From assembly GCA_022841665.1 (NCBI GenBank), contig JALHRB010000007.1, positions 54,196-118,195 on the forward strand: 64,000 bases of DNA, in the 5' to 3' direction. The position numbers and the translations under genes are program-made. Below, in pieces: positions 25,061-36,846 of the stretch. Numbering within the stretch: the stretch's first letter is position 1; the number at the start of each line of letters is the position of its first letter. The stretch is from Pseudolabrys sp. (GTDB lineage: Bacteria; Pseudomonadota; Alphaproteobacteria; Rhizobiales; Xanthobacteraceae). The notes under the pieces are model-generated. The model saw only the letters and a list, made by a program, of their open reading frames with translations. It was not told the DNA's origin and ran no database searches.

Positions 25061-27142
25061 CTACTCCGCCGCCGTCTTGTGCACGGCATGCGCCAAGGCC
25101 GAGCATTCGGCCATGATGGCGGAGGCGCGCGCGATCGGATTGGTGAAATAGAAGTCGGTGACGCCTGAGCGCAGCGGCGCCTTGTCGGCATTGCCGCCAA
25201 TACTTCCAAGATTTTGCGCGAGCTTGCCGAGGTCGGCGGCGTCGCCCGCGGCGATCTGGTCGATGCGCGCCAGATGCGGATGCGCGGCGAACATCAACTG
25301 GCGCAGCGCATTGAGCGAGTCGTACGGCAGCGTGCAGCCGAGCTGGTCGGACAAAGCGCGCAGGATCGCCCAGTCCTCGCGCGCATCGCCCGGCGGGAAG
25401 GCGGCGCGGTTGGCCAGTTGCACGCGGCCCTCGGTGTTCACATAGATGGCAGACTTTTCTGGGTATGCGGCACCCGGCAGGATGACGTCGGCGCGGTGCG
25501 CGCCGCGGTCGCCATGCGTGCCGATGTAGACCACGAAGGGGCCGTCCTTGACCTCAATCTCGTCGGCGCCGAGCAGGAACAGCACGTCCACCCCACCCTG
25601 CGCCATCTGCGCGGCAGTCTTGCCGCCCTTGCCCGGCGTCAGGCCGAGGTCGAGCGCGGCCACGCGCGAGGCGGCGCTGTGCAGCACCGAGAAGCCGTTC
25701 CAGCCGTCCTTGACCGCGCCGAGGTCGCGCGCCGCCTTGGCGGCAAGCGACAGGATCGCGGCGCCATCAGGACGCGCCAGCGCGCCTGCGCCAACAAGGA
25801 TGAGCGGGCGTTCGGCGCTCTTGAGCGTTTCGGCGAATTTGCTGGAGCTAAGACCGGCCAGCGTCTCCGCGCCGGCGCCGAGATAGTCGTAGCTATACGT
25901 GAGGTCGGCCTTCTCGCCGATCAGCGCGATCGGGAAATTGCCCTGCCGCCAGCGCTTGCGGATGCGGGCGTTGAGCACGGCCGCCTCGCGGCGCGGGTTG
26001 GAGCCGATAATCAACAGCGCATCGGCCTGCTCGATGCCGGCGATGGTCGCATTGAACAGATAGGACGCCCGCCCCCAGGCCGGATCGATGGCCGCGCCGT
26101 CCTGGCGCGCGTCGATGTTGGCGCTGCCGAGCCGGCCCATCAGGTCCTTGAGCGCGTACATCTCCTCGGCGCCTGCAAGGTCGCCGGCGATGGCGCCGAC
26201 CTTCGCGCCGTCGACCGGCCGCAGGCGGTTGGCGATGACGGCGAAGGCTTCCTTCCAGGTCGCCGGCGCCAAACGCCCGTTCATGCGCACGTAAGGCTGG
26301 TCGAGCCGCTGGGTGCGCAGGCCGTCGACGACGTGGCGGGTCTTGTCTGAAATCCACTCCTCGTTCACCTCGTCATTGGTGCGCGGCAGGATGCGCATGA
26401 CCTCGCGCCCGCGCGTGTCGATGCGGATGGCGGAACCGACCGCGTCCATGACGTCGATCGATTGTGTCTTGCCGAGCTCCCACGGCCGCGCCGTGAAGGC
26501 GTAAGGCTTGGAGGTGAGCGCGCCGACCGGGCACAGGTCGATGACGTTCGACTGCAACTCGGACGTCATCGCGTGCTCGAGATAGGTCGTGATCTCCATG
26601 TCCTCGCCGCGGCCGATGGCGCCAAGCTCGGGCACGCCGGCGACCTCGGTGGAAAAGCGGATGCAGCGCGTGCAGTGGATGCAGCGCGTCATCACCGTCT
26701 TCACCAGCGGGCCGATATATTTATCCTCGACCGCGCGCTTGTTCTCGGCGTAACGCGAGGCGTCGACGCCGTAGGCCATGGACTGGTCCTGCAAATCGCA
26801 CTCGCCGGCCTGGTCGCAGATCGGGCAGTCGAGCGGATGGTTGATGAGCAGGAACTCCATCACGCCTTCGCGCGCCTTCTTCACCATCGGCGTCTTGGTG
26901 TTGAGGACTTTCGGAGAGCCGTCCTTGTTAGGCATCAGGTCGCGCACGCCGACGGCGCAGGACGCCTGCGGCTTGGGAAGGCCGACGACTTCAATCAGGC
27001 ACATGCGGCAGTTGCCGGCGATCGACAGCCGCTCGTGGAAGCAGAAGCGCGGGATTTCCGCGCCCGCGGCTTCGCAGGCCTGGAGCAGCGTGTACTCCGG
27101 CGGGACGTCGATCTCTTTGCCGTCAACGATCAGTTTCGTCAT
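25061..27142 (-). CDS. nuoG: NADH-quinone oxidoreductase subunit G
   Basis: Trimmed to [14 protein letters not shown]. 2Fe-2S and 4Fe-4S Cys motifs. 693 aa. Confidence 0.96.
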   Translation of the reverse strand: MTKLIVDGKEIDVPPEYTLLQACEAAGAEIPRFCFHERLSIAGNCRMCLIEVVGLPKPQASCAVGVRDLMPNKDGSPKVLNTKTPMVKKAREGVMEFLLINHPLDCPICDQAGECDLQDQSMAYGVDASRYAENKRAVEDKYIGPLVKTVMTRCIHCTRCIRFSTEVAGVPELGAIGRGEDMEITTYLEHAMTSELQSNVIDLCPVGALTSKPYAFTARPWELGKTQSIDVMDAVGSAIRIDTRGREVMRILPRTNDEVNEEWISDKTRHVVDGLRTQRLDQPYVRMNGRLAPATWKEAFAVIANRLRPVDGAKVGAIAGDLAGAEEMYALKDLMGRLGSANIDARQDGAAIDPAWGRASYLFNATIAGIEQADALLIIGSNPRREAAVLNARIRKRWRQGNFPIALIGEKADLTYSYDYLGAGAETLAGLSSSKFAETLKSAERPLILVGAGALARPDGAAILSLAAKAARDLGAVKDGWNGFSVLHSAASRVAALDLGLTPGKGGKTAAQMAQGGVDVLFLLGADEIEVKDGPFVVYIGTHGDRGAHRADVILPGAAYPEKSAIYVNTEGRVQLANRAAFPPGDAREDWAILRALSDQLGCTLPYDSLNALRQLMFAAHPHLARIDQIAAGDAADLGKLAQNLGSIGGNADKAPLRSGVTDFYFTNPIARASAIMAECSALAHAVHKTAAE

Positions 27143-27639
27143 GCCGCATGCTCGCTCACGCGCGCGCCGCGCGCCGTCTTCCAGAATTGCGCCCCGGCGA
27201 GGCTTTCCCAGCCGAAGGCCCGCTCGCTCGGGCCGTGCGCCTTGAGATGATCGAGCCGTTCGACGCCCTCCTCCAGCGGCGGGCGGTGGCCTGCCGGCAC
27301 CCACCACAACACCAGCGGGGTCACGATCGGCTCGAACCATTCCTCGCGCCGGCCGTAGAAACGGCTGTGCACGGTCTTCCAGACGAAACGTTCGAGCGCC
27401 TCGACGTTTTCCCAGACCGTCAGGTTCGGCAGGATGCGCGGGTCGTCATAGACGCGCATGCCCATGGCATGGCCGCTGTCATCCTTGAGGCGCCAGACGA
27501 AGCCGTCGATCTGCTCGGCGAGCGCGTTCACGCGCGCGACGTTGTCGACGAACTCGGCCATGCGCGGGTCGTCGAGGGGATGCTTGATCCGCGCGATGTT
27601 GAACTGCGCGAGGTGGCGCTTCGCGTCAGGCGTTGACAT
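27139..27639 (-). CDS. DUF3291-like protein embedded in the nuo operon
   Basis: 166 aa ([30 protein letters not shown]). ATGA overlap with the nuoG start. Overlaps the upstream small ORF by 14 nt. Confidence 0.7.
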   Translation of the reverse strand: MSTPDAKRHLAQFNIARIKHPLDDPRMAEFVDNVARVNALAEQIDGFVWRLKDDSGHAMGMRVYDDPRILPNLTVWENVEALERFVWKTVHSRFYGRREEWFEPIVTPLVLWWVPAGHRPPLEEGVERLDHLKAHGPSERAFGWESLAGAQFWKTARGARVSEHAA

Positions 27640-27828
27640 GCGAATGCTCCCCGCACCAGTCGTTCTTCTGAACGATGGCCCATTCCTGGTCGGCCGCGAC
27701 CGGCGGCGGCGCGTGCCGCCGGCACTGCCCGCGCGTGGCATGCTCGCGCAAATGCTCGAGCGGGAGGTCGTCCTGCAACGGCCACCAAAATCGGCAGTTT
27801 CGGCAACGCAGGCTGGTGTTCTCATAGC

Positions 27829-27832
<4 letters not shown>
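27626..27832 (-). CDS. Small Cys-containing protein embedded in the nuo operon
   Basis: 68 aa with CxxC..C..WC spacing. Its ATG forms an ATGA overlap with the nuoF stop. Confidence 0.55.
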
Positions 27833-29148
<1,316 letters not shown>

Positions 29149-29163
29149 GGGTCTGTCGGCCGA

Positions 29164-29922
29164 TCAATTGGGTTTCGGTTTTTTCTTGCTGTCGCGCAGC
29201 GGCGGCTGCGCCGTGCCGGCGTCGCGAACGTTCGCCGCAGCGCCCGGCTTCTTGGCCTTGTCGTCGAGCAGCGCGGTGTCGGTCGAACCTTGCGTCGCGC
29301 TTCCGGCATAGAGCGAGGCGTCGGTCAGCGTCTGCGGGCCGCCGACCGGCGCCGAGAACTGGCGGTCGATCTGCGGGCCGGGCGGGACCGGCTCATCCTT
29401 GGCAAAGCCGTCGAGCACCTTGTTGAAACTCTCGGCGGTCAGGTCCTCGTAAGTGTCGTTCCAGATCAGCACCATCGGCGCGTTCACGCAGGCGCCCAGG
29501 CACTCGACCTCTTCCCAGGAGAAATTGCCGTCTTCCGAGACGTGATGCGGCTCGTGGTGGATGCGGTTCTTGCACACCTCGAACAACTCGCCGGCGCCGC
29601 GCAGCATGCAGGGCGTGGTGCCGCAAACCTGCACATGCGCCTTCTTCCCGCACGGCTGCAGGATGAACATGGTGTAGAAGGTCGCGACCTCGAGCGCGCG
29701 GATATGCGCCATTCCGAGGAAATCCGCGACGTAGCGGATCGCCGCCTCCGGCAGCCAGCCGTGGTGCTGCTCCTGCGCGCGCCACAACAGCGGAATGATC
29801 GCCGACTGCTGGCGGCCTTCCGGATATTTGGCCACCTGGGCCTTGGCCCAATCGAGGTTCTCCTTGGTGAAGGAGAACTCCTTGGGCTGCTGCTCGGGCG
29901 GGGCGAGACGGCGCACGCTCAT
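29164..29922 (-). CDS. nuoE: NADH-quinone oxidoreductase subunit E
   Basis: Trimmed to [12 protein letters not shown] at 29922. 2Fe-2S Cys motifs. Lys/Pro-rich C-terminal tail. Confidence 0.93.
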   Translation of the reverse strand: MSVRRLAPPEQQPKEFSFTKENLDWAKAQVAKYPEGRQQSAIIPLLWRAQEQHHGWLPEAAIRYVADFLGMAHIRALEVATFYTMFILQPCGKKAHVQVCGTTPCMLRGAGELFEVCKNRIHHEPHHVSEDGNFSWEEVECLGACVNAPMVLIWNDTYEDLTAESFNKVLDGFAKDEPVPPGPQIDRQFSAPVGGPQTLTDASLYAGSATQGSTDTALLDDKAKKPGAAANVRDAGTAQPPLRDSKKKPKPN

Positions 29923-30099
29923 CGGTCGACCTCCCCGATGGTGTTCCCTCCCCCTGAAAGGGGGAGGGTCAGGGAGGGGGTCATCTGACGATGGCGGCCC
30001 ACTGACCCCCACCCGGCCGCTGCGCGGCCGGCCTCCCCCTTGCAGGGGGAGGTGAAGAATAAAGCGAGACGGCGGACGCTCATCGGTCGACCTCCCCGA
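29903..30099. repeat. 36-bp direct repeats flanking a ~125-bp hairpin-rich insertion at the nuoD/nuoE junction
   Basis: gcgagacggcg[c/g]acgctcatcggtcgacctccccga occurs at 29903-29938 and 30064-30099 (35/36 identical). Between the copies are hairpins ccctccccc-tgaaa-gggggaggg, ggccgc-tgc-gcggcc and cctccccc-ttgca-gggggagg. Confidence 0.85.
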
Positions 30100-31270
30100 A
30101 CACGATGTCGAGCGAGCCGAGAATGGCGGAGACGTCGGCCAGCAGGTGACCCTTGCAGATGAAATCCATCGCTTGCAGGTGCGCGAAGCCGGGCGCGCGG
30201 ATCTTGCACTTGTACGGCTTGTTGGTGCCGTCGGCGACGAGGTAGACGCCGAACTCGCCCTTGGGCGCTTCGACCGCCGCATACACCTCGCCGGCCGGCA
30301 CGTGGTAGCCTTCGGTGTAGAGCTTGAAATGGTGGATGAGCGCTTCCATCGAGCGCTTCATCTCGCCGCGCTTGGGCGGCACGATCTTGTTGTCGACGAC
30401 CTGCACCGGTCCCTGCCCGCCCGGCGCGCGCAGCTTCTCCAGGCACTGCTTCATGATCTTGGTCGATTGGCGCATCTCCTCCATGCGGATGAGATAGCGG
30501 TCGTAGCAGTCGCCGTTCTTGCCGATCGGAATATCGAAATCCATCTCGGCGTAGCACTCGTACGGCTGCGACTTGCGCAGGTCCCAGGCCGCGCCCGAGC
30601 CGCGCACCATCACGCCGGAGAAGCCCCAGTTCCAGGCGTCCTTCAGCGACACCACGCCGATGTCGACGTTGCGCTGCTTGAAGATGCGGTTGTCGGTCAG
30701 CAGCGCGTCGAGGTCGTCCACCACCTTCAGGAAGGGATCGCAGAAGGCGTCGATGTCGTCGATGAGCTGCGGCGGCATGTCCTCGTGCACGCCGCCCGGG
30801 CGGAAGTAGTTGGCGTGCATGCGCGAGCCGGAAACGCGCTCGTAGAAGACCATCAGCTTCTCGCGCTCCTCGAAGCCCCACAGCGGCGGGGTGAGCGCGC
30901 CGACGTCCATCGCCTGCGTGGTGACGTTGAGAAGATGGGAAAGAAGCCGCCCGATCTCGGAATAGAGCACGCGGATGAGCTGGGCGCGCCGGGGCACCTG
31001 GATGCCGAGGAGCTTCTCGACCGCGAGGCAGAAGGCGTGCTCCTGGTTCATCGGCGCGACGTAGTCGAGCCGGTCGAAGTAAGGCACCGCCTGCATGTAG
31101 GTCTTGGCTTCGATCAGCTTTTCGGTGCCGCGATGCAGGAGACCGATATGCGGATCGACGCGGTCGACGATCTCGCCGTCCAATTCAAGGACGAGACGAA
31201 GCACGCCGTGGGCCGCGGGATGCTGAGGCCCGAAGTTGATGGTGAAATTACGCAGCGACGTTTCCGCCAT
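30080..31270 (-). CDS. nuoD: NADH-quinone oxidoreductase subunit D
   Basis: Trimmed to [26 protein letters not shown]. 396 aa. Confidence 0.96.
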   Translation of the reverse strand: MAETSLRNFTINFGPQHPAAHGVLRLVLELDGEIVDRVDPHIGLLHRGTEKLIEAKTYMQAVPYFDRLDYVAPMNQEHAFCLAVEKLLGIQVPRRAQLIRVLYSEIGRLLSHLLNVTTQAMDVGALTPPLWGFEEREKLMVFYERVSGSRMHANYFRPGGVHEDMPPQLIDDIDAFCDPFLKVVDDLDALLTDNRIFKQRNVDIGVVSLKDAWNWGFSGVMVRGSGAAWDLRKSQPYECYAEMDFDIPIGKNGDCYDRYLIRMEEMRQSTKIMKQCLEKLRAPGGQGPVQVVDNKIVPPKRGEMKRSMEALIHHFKLYTEGYHVPAGEVYAAVEAPKGEFGVYLVADGTNKPYKCKIRAPGFAHLQAMDFICKGHLLADVSAILGSLDIVFGEVDR

Positions 31271-31287
31271 CAGCGCACCACCTTGTC

Positions 31288-31381
31288 CCTCATGGTGAGG
31301 AGCGTCGCGCAGCGACGCGTCTCGAACCATGAGGCCCCATCCTTCGAGACGCCGGCCTTCGGCCGGCTCCTCAGGATGAGG
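31288..31381. repeat. REP-like palindromic element in the nuoC-nuoD spacer
   Basis: ctcatggt..gcgtcgc-gca-gcgacgc..accatgag followed by catcct..ccggcc-ttcg-gccggc..aggatg. Confidence 0.5.
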
Positions 31382-31426
31382 CTTACTTCGGGGCTCGGCT
31401 TCATACTCACGATCCCTTATCCTCGC

Positions 31427-32026
31427 TCACTTCGCCTTCTCGTCGCCCGGCAGCACGTAGTCGGTGCCTTCCCAGGGCGAGAGAAAATCGAAATTGCGGA
31501 ATTCCTGCGCCAGCGTGACCTTGTCGTAGACGACGCGCTTCTGCTCGTCGTCGTAGCGCACCTCGACAAAGCCGGTGAGCGGGAAGTCCTTGCGCAGCGG
31601 ATGCCCCTCGAAGCCGTAATCGGTGAGGATGCGGCGCATGTCGGGATGGCCGGTGAACAGCACGCCGTACAGATCGTAGGCCTCGCGCTCGAACCAGTCG
31701 GCGCCCTTGAACACGTCGATCAGCGACGGCACCGGCGTCGCTTCGTCGGTCGCCACCTTGAGCCGGATGCGCTGGTTCAGCCGCGGCGACAGGAAGTGGT
31801 AGACCACGTCGAAGCGCTGCTCGCGGCTCGGCCAGTCGATCGCGGTGACGTCGACGATGCAGATGAACTGGCAGCCCGGATCGTCGCGCAGGAAGGTCGC
31901 GACCTTCACCACGTCGGCCGCCTTGGCGGTGACGGTCAGCTCGCCGCGCACGACCTCATGGCCGATCACGGCCGCGGGTAATGCGGTCTTGATGGTGTGG
32001 CCGAGCCTGTCGAGCGTGTCTTCCAT
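31427..32026 (-). CDS. nuoC: NADH-quinone oxidoreductase subunit C
   Basis: 199 aa, 30-kDa subunit family, in operon order. Confidence 0.95.
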   Translation of the reverse strand: MEDTLDRLGHTIKTALPAAVIGHEVVRGELTVTAKAADVVKVATFLRDDPGCQFICIVDVTAIDWPSREQRFDVVYHFLSPRLNQRIRLKVATDEATPVPSLIDVFKGADWFEREAYDLYGVLFTGHPDMRRILTDYGFEGHPLRKDFPLTGFVEVRYDDEQKRVVYDKVTLAQEFRNFDFLSPWEGTDYVLPGDEKAK

Positions 32027-32038
32027 AAGCGATTTGCC

Positions 32039-32599
32039 TCAACGCTCGATCGTGCCGGTGCGGCGGATTTTCTTTTGCAGCAGCATCACGCCGTAGAGCA
32101 GCGCTTCCGCTGTCGGCGGACAGCCGGGCACATAGATATCGACCGGCACGATGCGGTCGCAGCCGCGCACCACCGAGTATGAATAGTGATAGTAGCCGCC
32201 GCCGTTGGCGCAGGAGCCCATGGAGATGACGTAGCGCGGCTCCGGCATCTGGTCGTAGACCTTGCGCAGCGCCGGCGCCATCTTGTTGGTCAGCGTGCCG
32301 GCGACGATCATCACGTCGGACTGGCGGGGCGAGGCGCGCGGGGCGAAGCCGAAGCGCTCGGCGTCGTAGCGCGGCATCGACATCTGCATCATCTCGACCG
32401 CGCAGCAGGCAAGACCGAACGTCATCCACATCAGCGAGCCGGTGCGCGCCCAGGTGATGAGGTCGTCGGTCGCGGTGACGATGAAGCCCTTGTCGGACAA
32501 TTCGCTGTTGACGCCGCGGAAGAAGGCGTCGTCGGCGCCGACCGGCTGGCCGGTGCGCGGGTCGAGAATTCCCTTTGGCGCGGGTGCGACGAGTGTCAT
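32039..32599 (-). CDS. nuoB: NADH-quinone oxidoreductase subunit B
   Basis: Trimmed to [11 protein letters not shown]2-cluster motifs [17 protein letters not shown] and GCPP. Confidence 0.95.
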   Translation of the reverse strand: MTLVAPAPKGILDPRTGQPVGADDAFFRGVNSELSDKGFIVTATDDLITWARTGSLMWMTFGLACCAVEMMQMSMPRYDAERFGFAPRASPRQSDVMIVAGTLTNKMAPALRKVYDQMPEPRYVISMGSCANGGGYYHYSYSVVRGCDRIVPVDIYVPGCPPTAEALLYGVMLLQKKIRRTGTIER

Positions 32600-32603
32600 G
32601 GGC

Positions 32604-32969
32604 TCAATCCCATTCCAGCGCCCCCTTCTTCCACTCATATATGAAGCCGATGGTGAGAACACCAAGGAACACCATCATCGACCAGAAGCCGAAGGCCCCG
32701 AGCTCGCGGAACGTGACCGCCCAGGGGAACAGGAAGGCCACTTCGAGGTCGAAAATGATGAAAAGGATGGCGACGAGGTAGAAGCGCACGTCGAACTTCA
32801 TGCGCGCGTCGTCGAAGGCGTTGAAGCCGCACTCGTAGGCGGAGAGCTTTTCCGGATCCGGCTGCTGGTAGGCGACGATGAAGGGGGCGACCAGGAGCGC
32901 CAGCCCGATGCCAAGCGCCACCGCGATGAAGATGACCAGGGGCAGATAATCCAGCAGCAATGCGCTCAT
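32604..32969 (-). CDS. nuoA: NADH-quinone oxidoreductase subunit A
   Basis: Trimmed to [12 protein letters not shown]. 121 aa, 3 TM, YECGF motif. Confidence 0.94.
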   Translation of the reverse strand: MSALLLDYLPLVIFIAVALGIGLALLVAPFIVAYQQPDPEKLSAYECGFNAFDDARMKFDVRFYLVAILFIIFDLEVAFLFPWAVTFRELGAFGFWSMMVFLGVLTIGFIYEWKKGALEWD

Positions 32970-33270
32970 GGCGACCTCAAGCGTACAGCCCCCGCCCAAC
33001 CCGGATATACGCCCGCCCTGGACTGCCCCGGCGCCCGAAAAGGCGTCGAAACCCGCACAAATTACGCCCTTGCTTGTTTGGAATAGCCTCAAGGACGGGA
33101 GCCGCGCGAGGCTTAGCGCAGCGCACAAGGGGTGGCAAGCCAACAAACGGCTGCATCCACGGCGCGCGCGTGCGGTGCCGGCAAAGCGCTGTCGCGCCGG
33201 GTTGGCTGCACAATTGACGGGCTGCGGGAGGCCTCCGATAGTGCCGGCCGGCTCCTGAGCACCGACAAGA

Positions 33271-34260
33271 ATGCCCGAGGAAACGCGCATGACACCGATG
33301 CGTCACATCGCGGCCCTGCTCCTGGTCGTGGCCGCGGCCGCAACAGGGGCCCGCGCCGACGATTACCCCGCGCGCCCGGTCAAGATCATCGTGCCCTTTG
33401 GGCCCGGCGGACCGGCCGACGTCTTTGCCCGCACCGTCGCCGCGGAACTGCAAAAATCCATGAAACAGACTTTCGTCATGGAAAACCGTCCCGGCGCGGG
33501 AACCACGATCGGCACCGATACCGTGGCCAAGGCTGCGCCCGACGGCTACACGCTGCTCGTTCTTTCCGGCACGCAGACGGTCAACGAGACGCTCTACGGC
33601 AAGCGGCCGTATCAGCTCATGCGGGATCTCGTTCCGATCGCGCCCATGGTCGATACCGACCTGGTCATGGTCGTTCACCCCTCGGTGCCGGCCAAAAACC
33701 TTTCCGAACTCGTCGCGCTGGCGAAGGCAAAACCCGGCACGCTCAACTACGGCTCGTCGGGCATCGGCTCGAACTATCATATGGCCGGCGAACTGCTGAA
33801 GGCTCTCACCGGCGCCGATATCGTGCACGTGCCTTACAAGGGCTCAACCGGCGCGCGCAACGACATCCTGTCGGGCCAGATCCAGATCCTGTTCGACAGC
33901 GTCCCGACCATGAAGGAAACGATCAAAAGCGGTATGGTCCGCGCCATCGGCACCACCGGCCTCAAGCGCGACGGGCAGTTGCCGGACGTGCCGACACTGG
34001 ACGAAGCCGGTGCCAAAGGTTTCCAGCATACGCTGTGGCTCGGCATCATGGCGCCCGCAGGCACGCCGCGCCCCATCGTCGATCGCCTGAATAAAGAGAT
34101 CACCACGGCGGTCAATCAGCCCTCGTTCAAGCAGGCCTTGGAGAAACAGGGCGCCGTCCCGCTCTCGATGTCGCTGGCCGAGTTCCAGGCCTTCGTGCAG
34201 GCCCAGGTCGACAAATGGGCCAAGGTGATCAAGGACAATAAGATCGCGCCGATCAATTGA
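33271..34260 (+). CDS. Bug/TctC-family tripartite tricarboxylate transporter substrate-binding protein
   Basis: Signal peptide, then [21 protein letters not shown]. The start could instead be the internal MRHIAALLL. Confidence 0.85.
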   Translation: MPEETRMTPMRHIAALLLVVAAAATGARADDYPARPVKIIVPFGPGGPADVFARTVAAELQKSMKQTFVMENRPGAGTTIGTDTVAKAAPDGYTLLVLSGTQTVNETLYGKRPYQLMRDLVPIAPMVDTDLVMVVHPSVPAKNLSELVALAKAKPGTLNYGSSGIGSNYHMAGELLKALTGADIVHVPYKGSTGARNDILSGQIQILFDSVPTMKETIKSGMVRAIGTTGLKRDGQLPDVPTLDEAGAKGFQHTLWLGIMAPAGTPRPIVDRLNKEITTAVNQPSFKQALEKQGAVPLSMSLAEFQAFVQAQVDKWAKVIKDNKIAPIN

Positions 34261-34294
34261 GCGGCGCTTATTTCAACGCAAAGAAACGCCCCGC

Positions 34295-34900
34295 ATGAAC
34301 AACCCGCCCGGTTTCTTTCAAGGCACGGAGATGCCGACAGCCGGATGGTGGGAAGCCCTTTGGCCGGACCCCGCGGGGGTCCTTGCCGCCGCCGGCATCA
34401 AACCAGGGATGGAGGTCATCGACCTGTGCTCCGGCGATGGCTGGTTCACGTTGCAGATCGCAAAAATTGCGCGGCACGTCGTTGCCATCGATATCGATGC
34501 CGCGCTGCTGGACGTCGCCCGCTTGCGGTTGCACGAGAGCGCCGTCGCGAACTGTGACTATCGGGCCGGTGACGCCTATCAGGTCGCCACGCTCGCGCCG
34601 CGCCCAGCGGATTTCGTCTTTATGGCCAACGCATTCCACGGCGTTCCCGACCGCCCGCGTTTGGCCCGTGCCGTCAGGGAGGCATTGAAGCCCGGCGGCC
34701 GTTTTGCCGTCATCAACTGGCACCGGCGTCCGCGCGAGCAAACGACGGTGCTGGGCGAGCCGCGCGGCCCGAAAACCGAGTTGCGCTTGACGCCGGAACA
34801 AACGGTCGATGCGGTGACCGCAGGCGGGTTAAAACCTGCCGGGCTCGTCGACGTCCCGCCCTATCATTACAGCGCGCTTTTCGAGCGCGCGGTCTCGTAA
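34295..34900 (+). CDS. Class I SAM-dependent methyltransferase
   Basis: Motif I VIDLCSGDGWF and a Rossmann-like layout. 201 aa. Confidence 0.75.
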   Translation: MNNPPGFFQGTEMPTAGWWEALWPDPAGVLAAAGIKPGMEVIDLCSGDGWFTLQIAKIARHVVAIDIDAALLDVARLRLHESAVANCDYRAGDAYQVATLAPRPADFVFMANAFHGVPDRPRLARAVREALKPGGRFAVINWHRRPREQTTVLGEPRGPKTELRLTPEQTVDAVTAGGLKPAGLVDVPPYHYSALFERAVS

Positions 34901-34906
34901 GCGCCC

Positions 34907-35701
34907 ATGCCCCCAATTCTGGACAACAAAGACCTCTCGGCGCCTTCAGTGTTTCGACCCGCAGCCCTCTTGCGCGAGGCGCGGCGGCAAAAAAGCCTCG
35001 CGCCGGCCGATGTGCCGCCCGTGTGTATCCTCGACCCGGATGGCGACATGGTCAGGCGGTTGAGGCAAGACGGACGGGCACAGCCCTTCGCGGGCTGGCC
35101 CTGCTACCACACCAGGCTGGATACCTTCACGCTCGCCAATCGAACCGTGGGCATCGTCGGCTGCGCGGTCGGCGCCCCTTTTGCCGTTCTGGTTGCGGAA
35201 GAGCTGTTCGCCAGTGGGTGCCGGTTCCTGCTGAGTCTCACATCGGCAGGCCAGATTACGCCGTCCGGTCCGACGCCCTACTTTGTCATCATCGACCGAG
35301 CGTTGCGCGATGAGGGCACCAGCTACCATTACGCGGCGCCAAGCGATTACGCGAACGCGGATGCCGGTCTCGTCGCAAGAGCCGCCGGCGCGCTCAAGCA
35401 AAGGAACATCGCGGCTTTTGTCGGCCCCACATGGACCACGGACGCGCCGTTTCGTGAAACCGAGCATGCGATAGAAGCGGCACGATCCAAAGGCGCGCTG
35501 GCGGTCGAAATGGAAGCCGCAGCCTTGTACGCCTTCGCCGGCACTTCCGGCGCGGCTGTTCTCTGTCTCGCGCACGTGACCAACACCATGGGGCAGTTGG
35601 AGCAGGACTTCGAAAAAGGCGAGGCCGACGGCACTGCTGACGCTTTGGCGGTCCTGGACGCAATCGTCGGAATTTCGGAAGCTTTCGTTCCGAGGGATTG
35701 A
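34907..35701 (+). CDS. Nucleoside phosphorylase-family (PNP/UDP_1) protein
   Basis: 264 aa. Contains GxxGCAVGAP and the VEMEAAALY motif. Confidence 0.7.
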   Translation: MPPILDNKDLSAPSVFRPAALLREARRQKSLAPADVPPVCILDPDGDMVRRLRQDGRAQPFAGWPCYHTRLDTFTLANRTVGIVGCAVGAPFAVLVAEELFASGCRFLLSLTSAGQITPSGPTPYFVIIDRALRDEGTSYHYAAPSDYANADAGLVARAAGALKQRNIAAFVGPTWTTDAPFRETEHAIEAARSKGALAVEMEAAALYAFAGTSGAAVLCLAHVTNTMGQLEQDFEKGEADGTADALAVLDAIVGISEAFVPRD

Positions 35702-35729
35702 ATGACAAAGCGAACCACATGGTGAAACG

Positions 35730-36653
35730 ATGAACGAAATGACCAAGCCGCCGATCAAGGGCGAGGAGCACTGGACCAGCAAGGACGGCGGCGTGAAGCT
35801 GTTCCTGTTCGAGAAGTGCCAGGGCGATCCGGCCAAGAGCATCGGCACCATCCTGTTCGTGCACGGCTCGTCGATGGCCTCGCAGCCGACCTTCGATTTG
35901 CAGGTGCCGGGCCGGCCGGATTCCTCCGCCATGGACCATTTCGCGCGCCGCGGCTTCGACTGCTGGAGCGTGGACATGGAGGGCTACGGCCGCTCGACCA
36001 AGGATCGCGACAACAACGCGCCGATTTCGCAGGGCGCCGACGACTGCTACGCCGCCGCGCTCTATATCCAGAAGCTGCGCGGCAAACGTCCGCTGATGGT
36101 CTACGGCATCTCCTCGGGCGCGCTGCGCGCGGCGCTGTTCGCCGAGCGCCATCCCGAGCTGGTGGCGCGGCTCGCCCTCGACGCCATGGTGTGGACCGGC
36201 GAAGGCTCGCCCACGCTCGAGCAGCGGCGCAAGAAGCTGCCGGAATTCCAGGCCAAGAACCGCCGCCCGATCGACAAGGCCTTCATCCATTCGGTGTTCG
36301 ACCGCGACCATCCCGATACCGCCGAGCGCAAGGTGATCGAAGCCTTCGCCGACGCGGTGACCGCGCTCGACGATTCGGTGCCGACCGGCACTTATGTCGA
36401 CATGTGCTCGCGGCTGCCGGTGGTGAACCCGGAGAAAATCACGGCGCCGACGCTGATCATGCGCGGCCAGCACGACGGCATCGCCTCGATGGAAGACCTG
36501 ATCAAGTTCTTCGAGAAGCTGCCCAACCCGGACAAGCAGTTCACCGTGATGTCCGGCATCTCGCACGCGAGCTTCCAGCAGAAGAACTACATGATGGTCT
36601 ATCACATCCTGGGAAGCTGGTTCACGCAGCCGGCGCCGGTGTACCGGGGCTGA
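35730..36653 (+). CDS. Alpha/beta-fold hydrolase
   Basis: 307 aa. HG oxyanion motif (FVHGSS), nucleophile elbow GISSG and a C-terminal His (GISHASF). Confidence 0.8.
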   Translation: MNEMTKPPIKGEEHWTSKDGGVKLFLFEKCQGDPAKSIGTILFVHGSSMASQPTFDLQVPGRPDSSAMDHFARRGFDCWSVDMEGYGRSTKDRDNNAPISQGADDCYAAALYIQKLRGKRPLMVYGISSGALRAALFAERHPELVARLALDAMVWTGEGSPTLEQRRKKLPEFQAKNRRPIDKAFIHSVFDRDHPDTAERKVIEAFADAVTALDDSVPTGTYVDMCSRLPVVNPEKITAPTLIMRGQHDGIASMEDLIKFFEKLPNPDKQFTVMSGISHASFQQKNYMMVYHILGSWFTQPAPVYRG

Positions 36654-36846
36654 GCGGACAAACCCGATCGATGCCCGACGGCTCGACAACCGCTCATCCG
36701 GTGCCGACAAACAGTCGCCGTGATCGGAAACGACCGGGTTATCCCGGTGCTTGTGTGCGAACGATCCTGCTTACGTAACCCCTTGACCCGTCTATAGCCC
36801 TGAGTTGTGCTTGTTCTCAAGCTGCAACTCGGCGTCGGGGGGCAAC

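Noticed and set aside
29919-30881. 320-aa minus-strand ORF overlapping nuoD.
   Set aside because: It is an alternative frame of nuoD with an Arg/Gly-rich translation. Only its last 54 codons (30083 down to 29919) are of interest, and those are reported separately as the bridge ORF created by the junction duplication.
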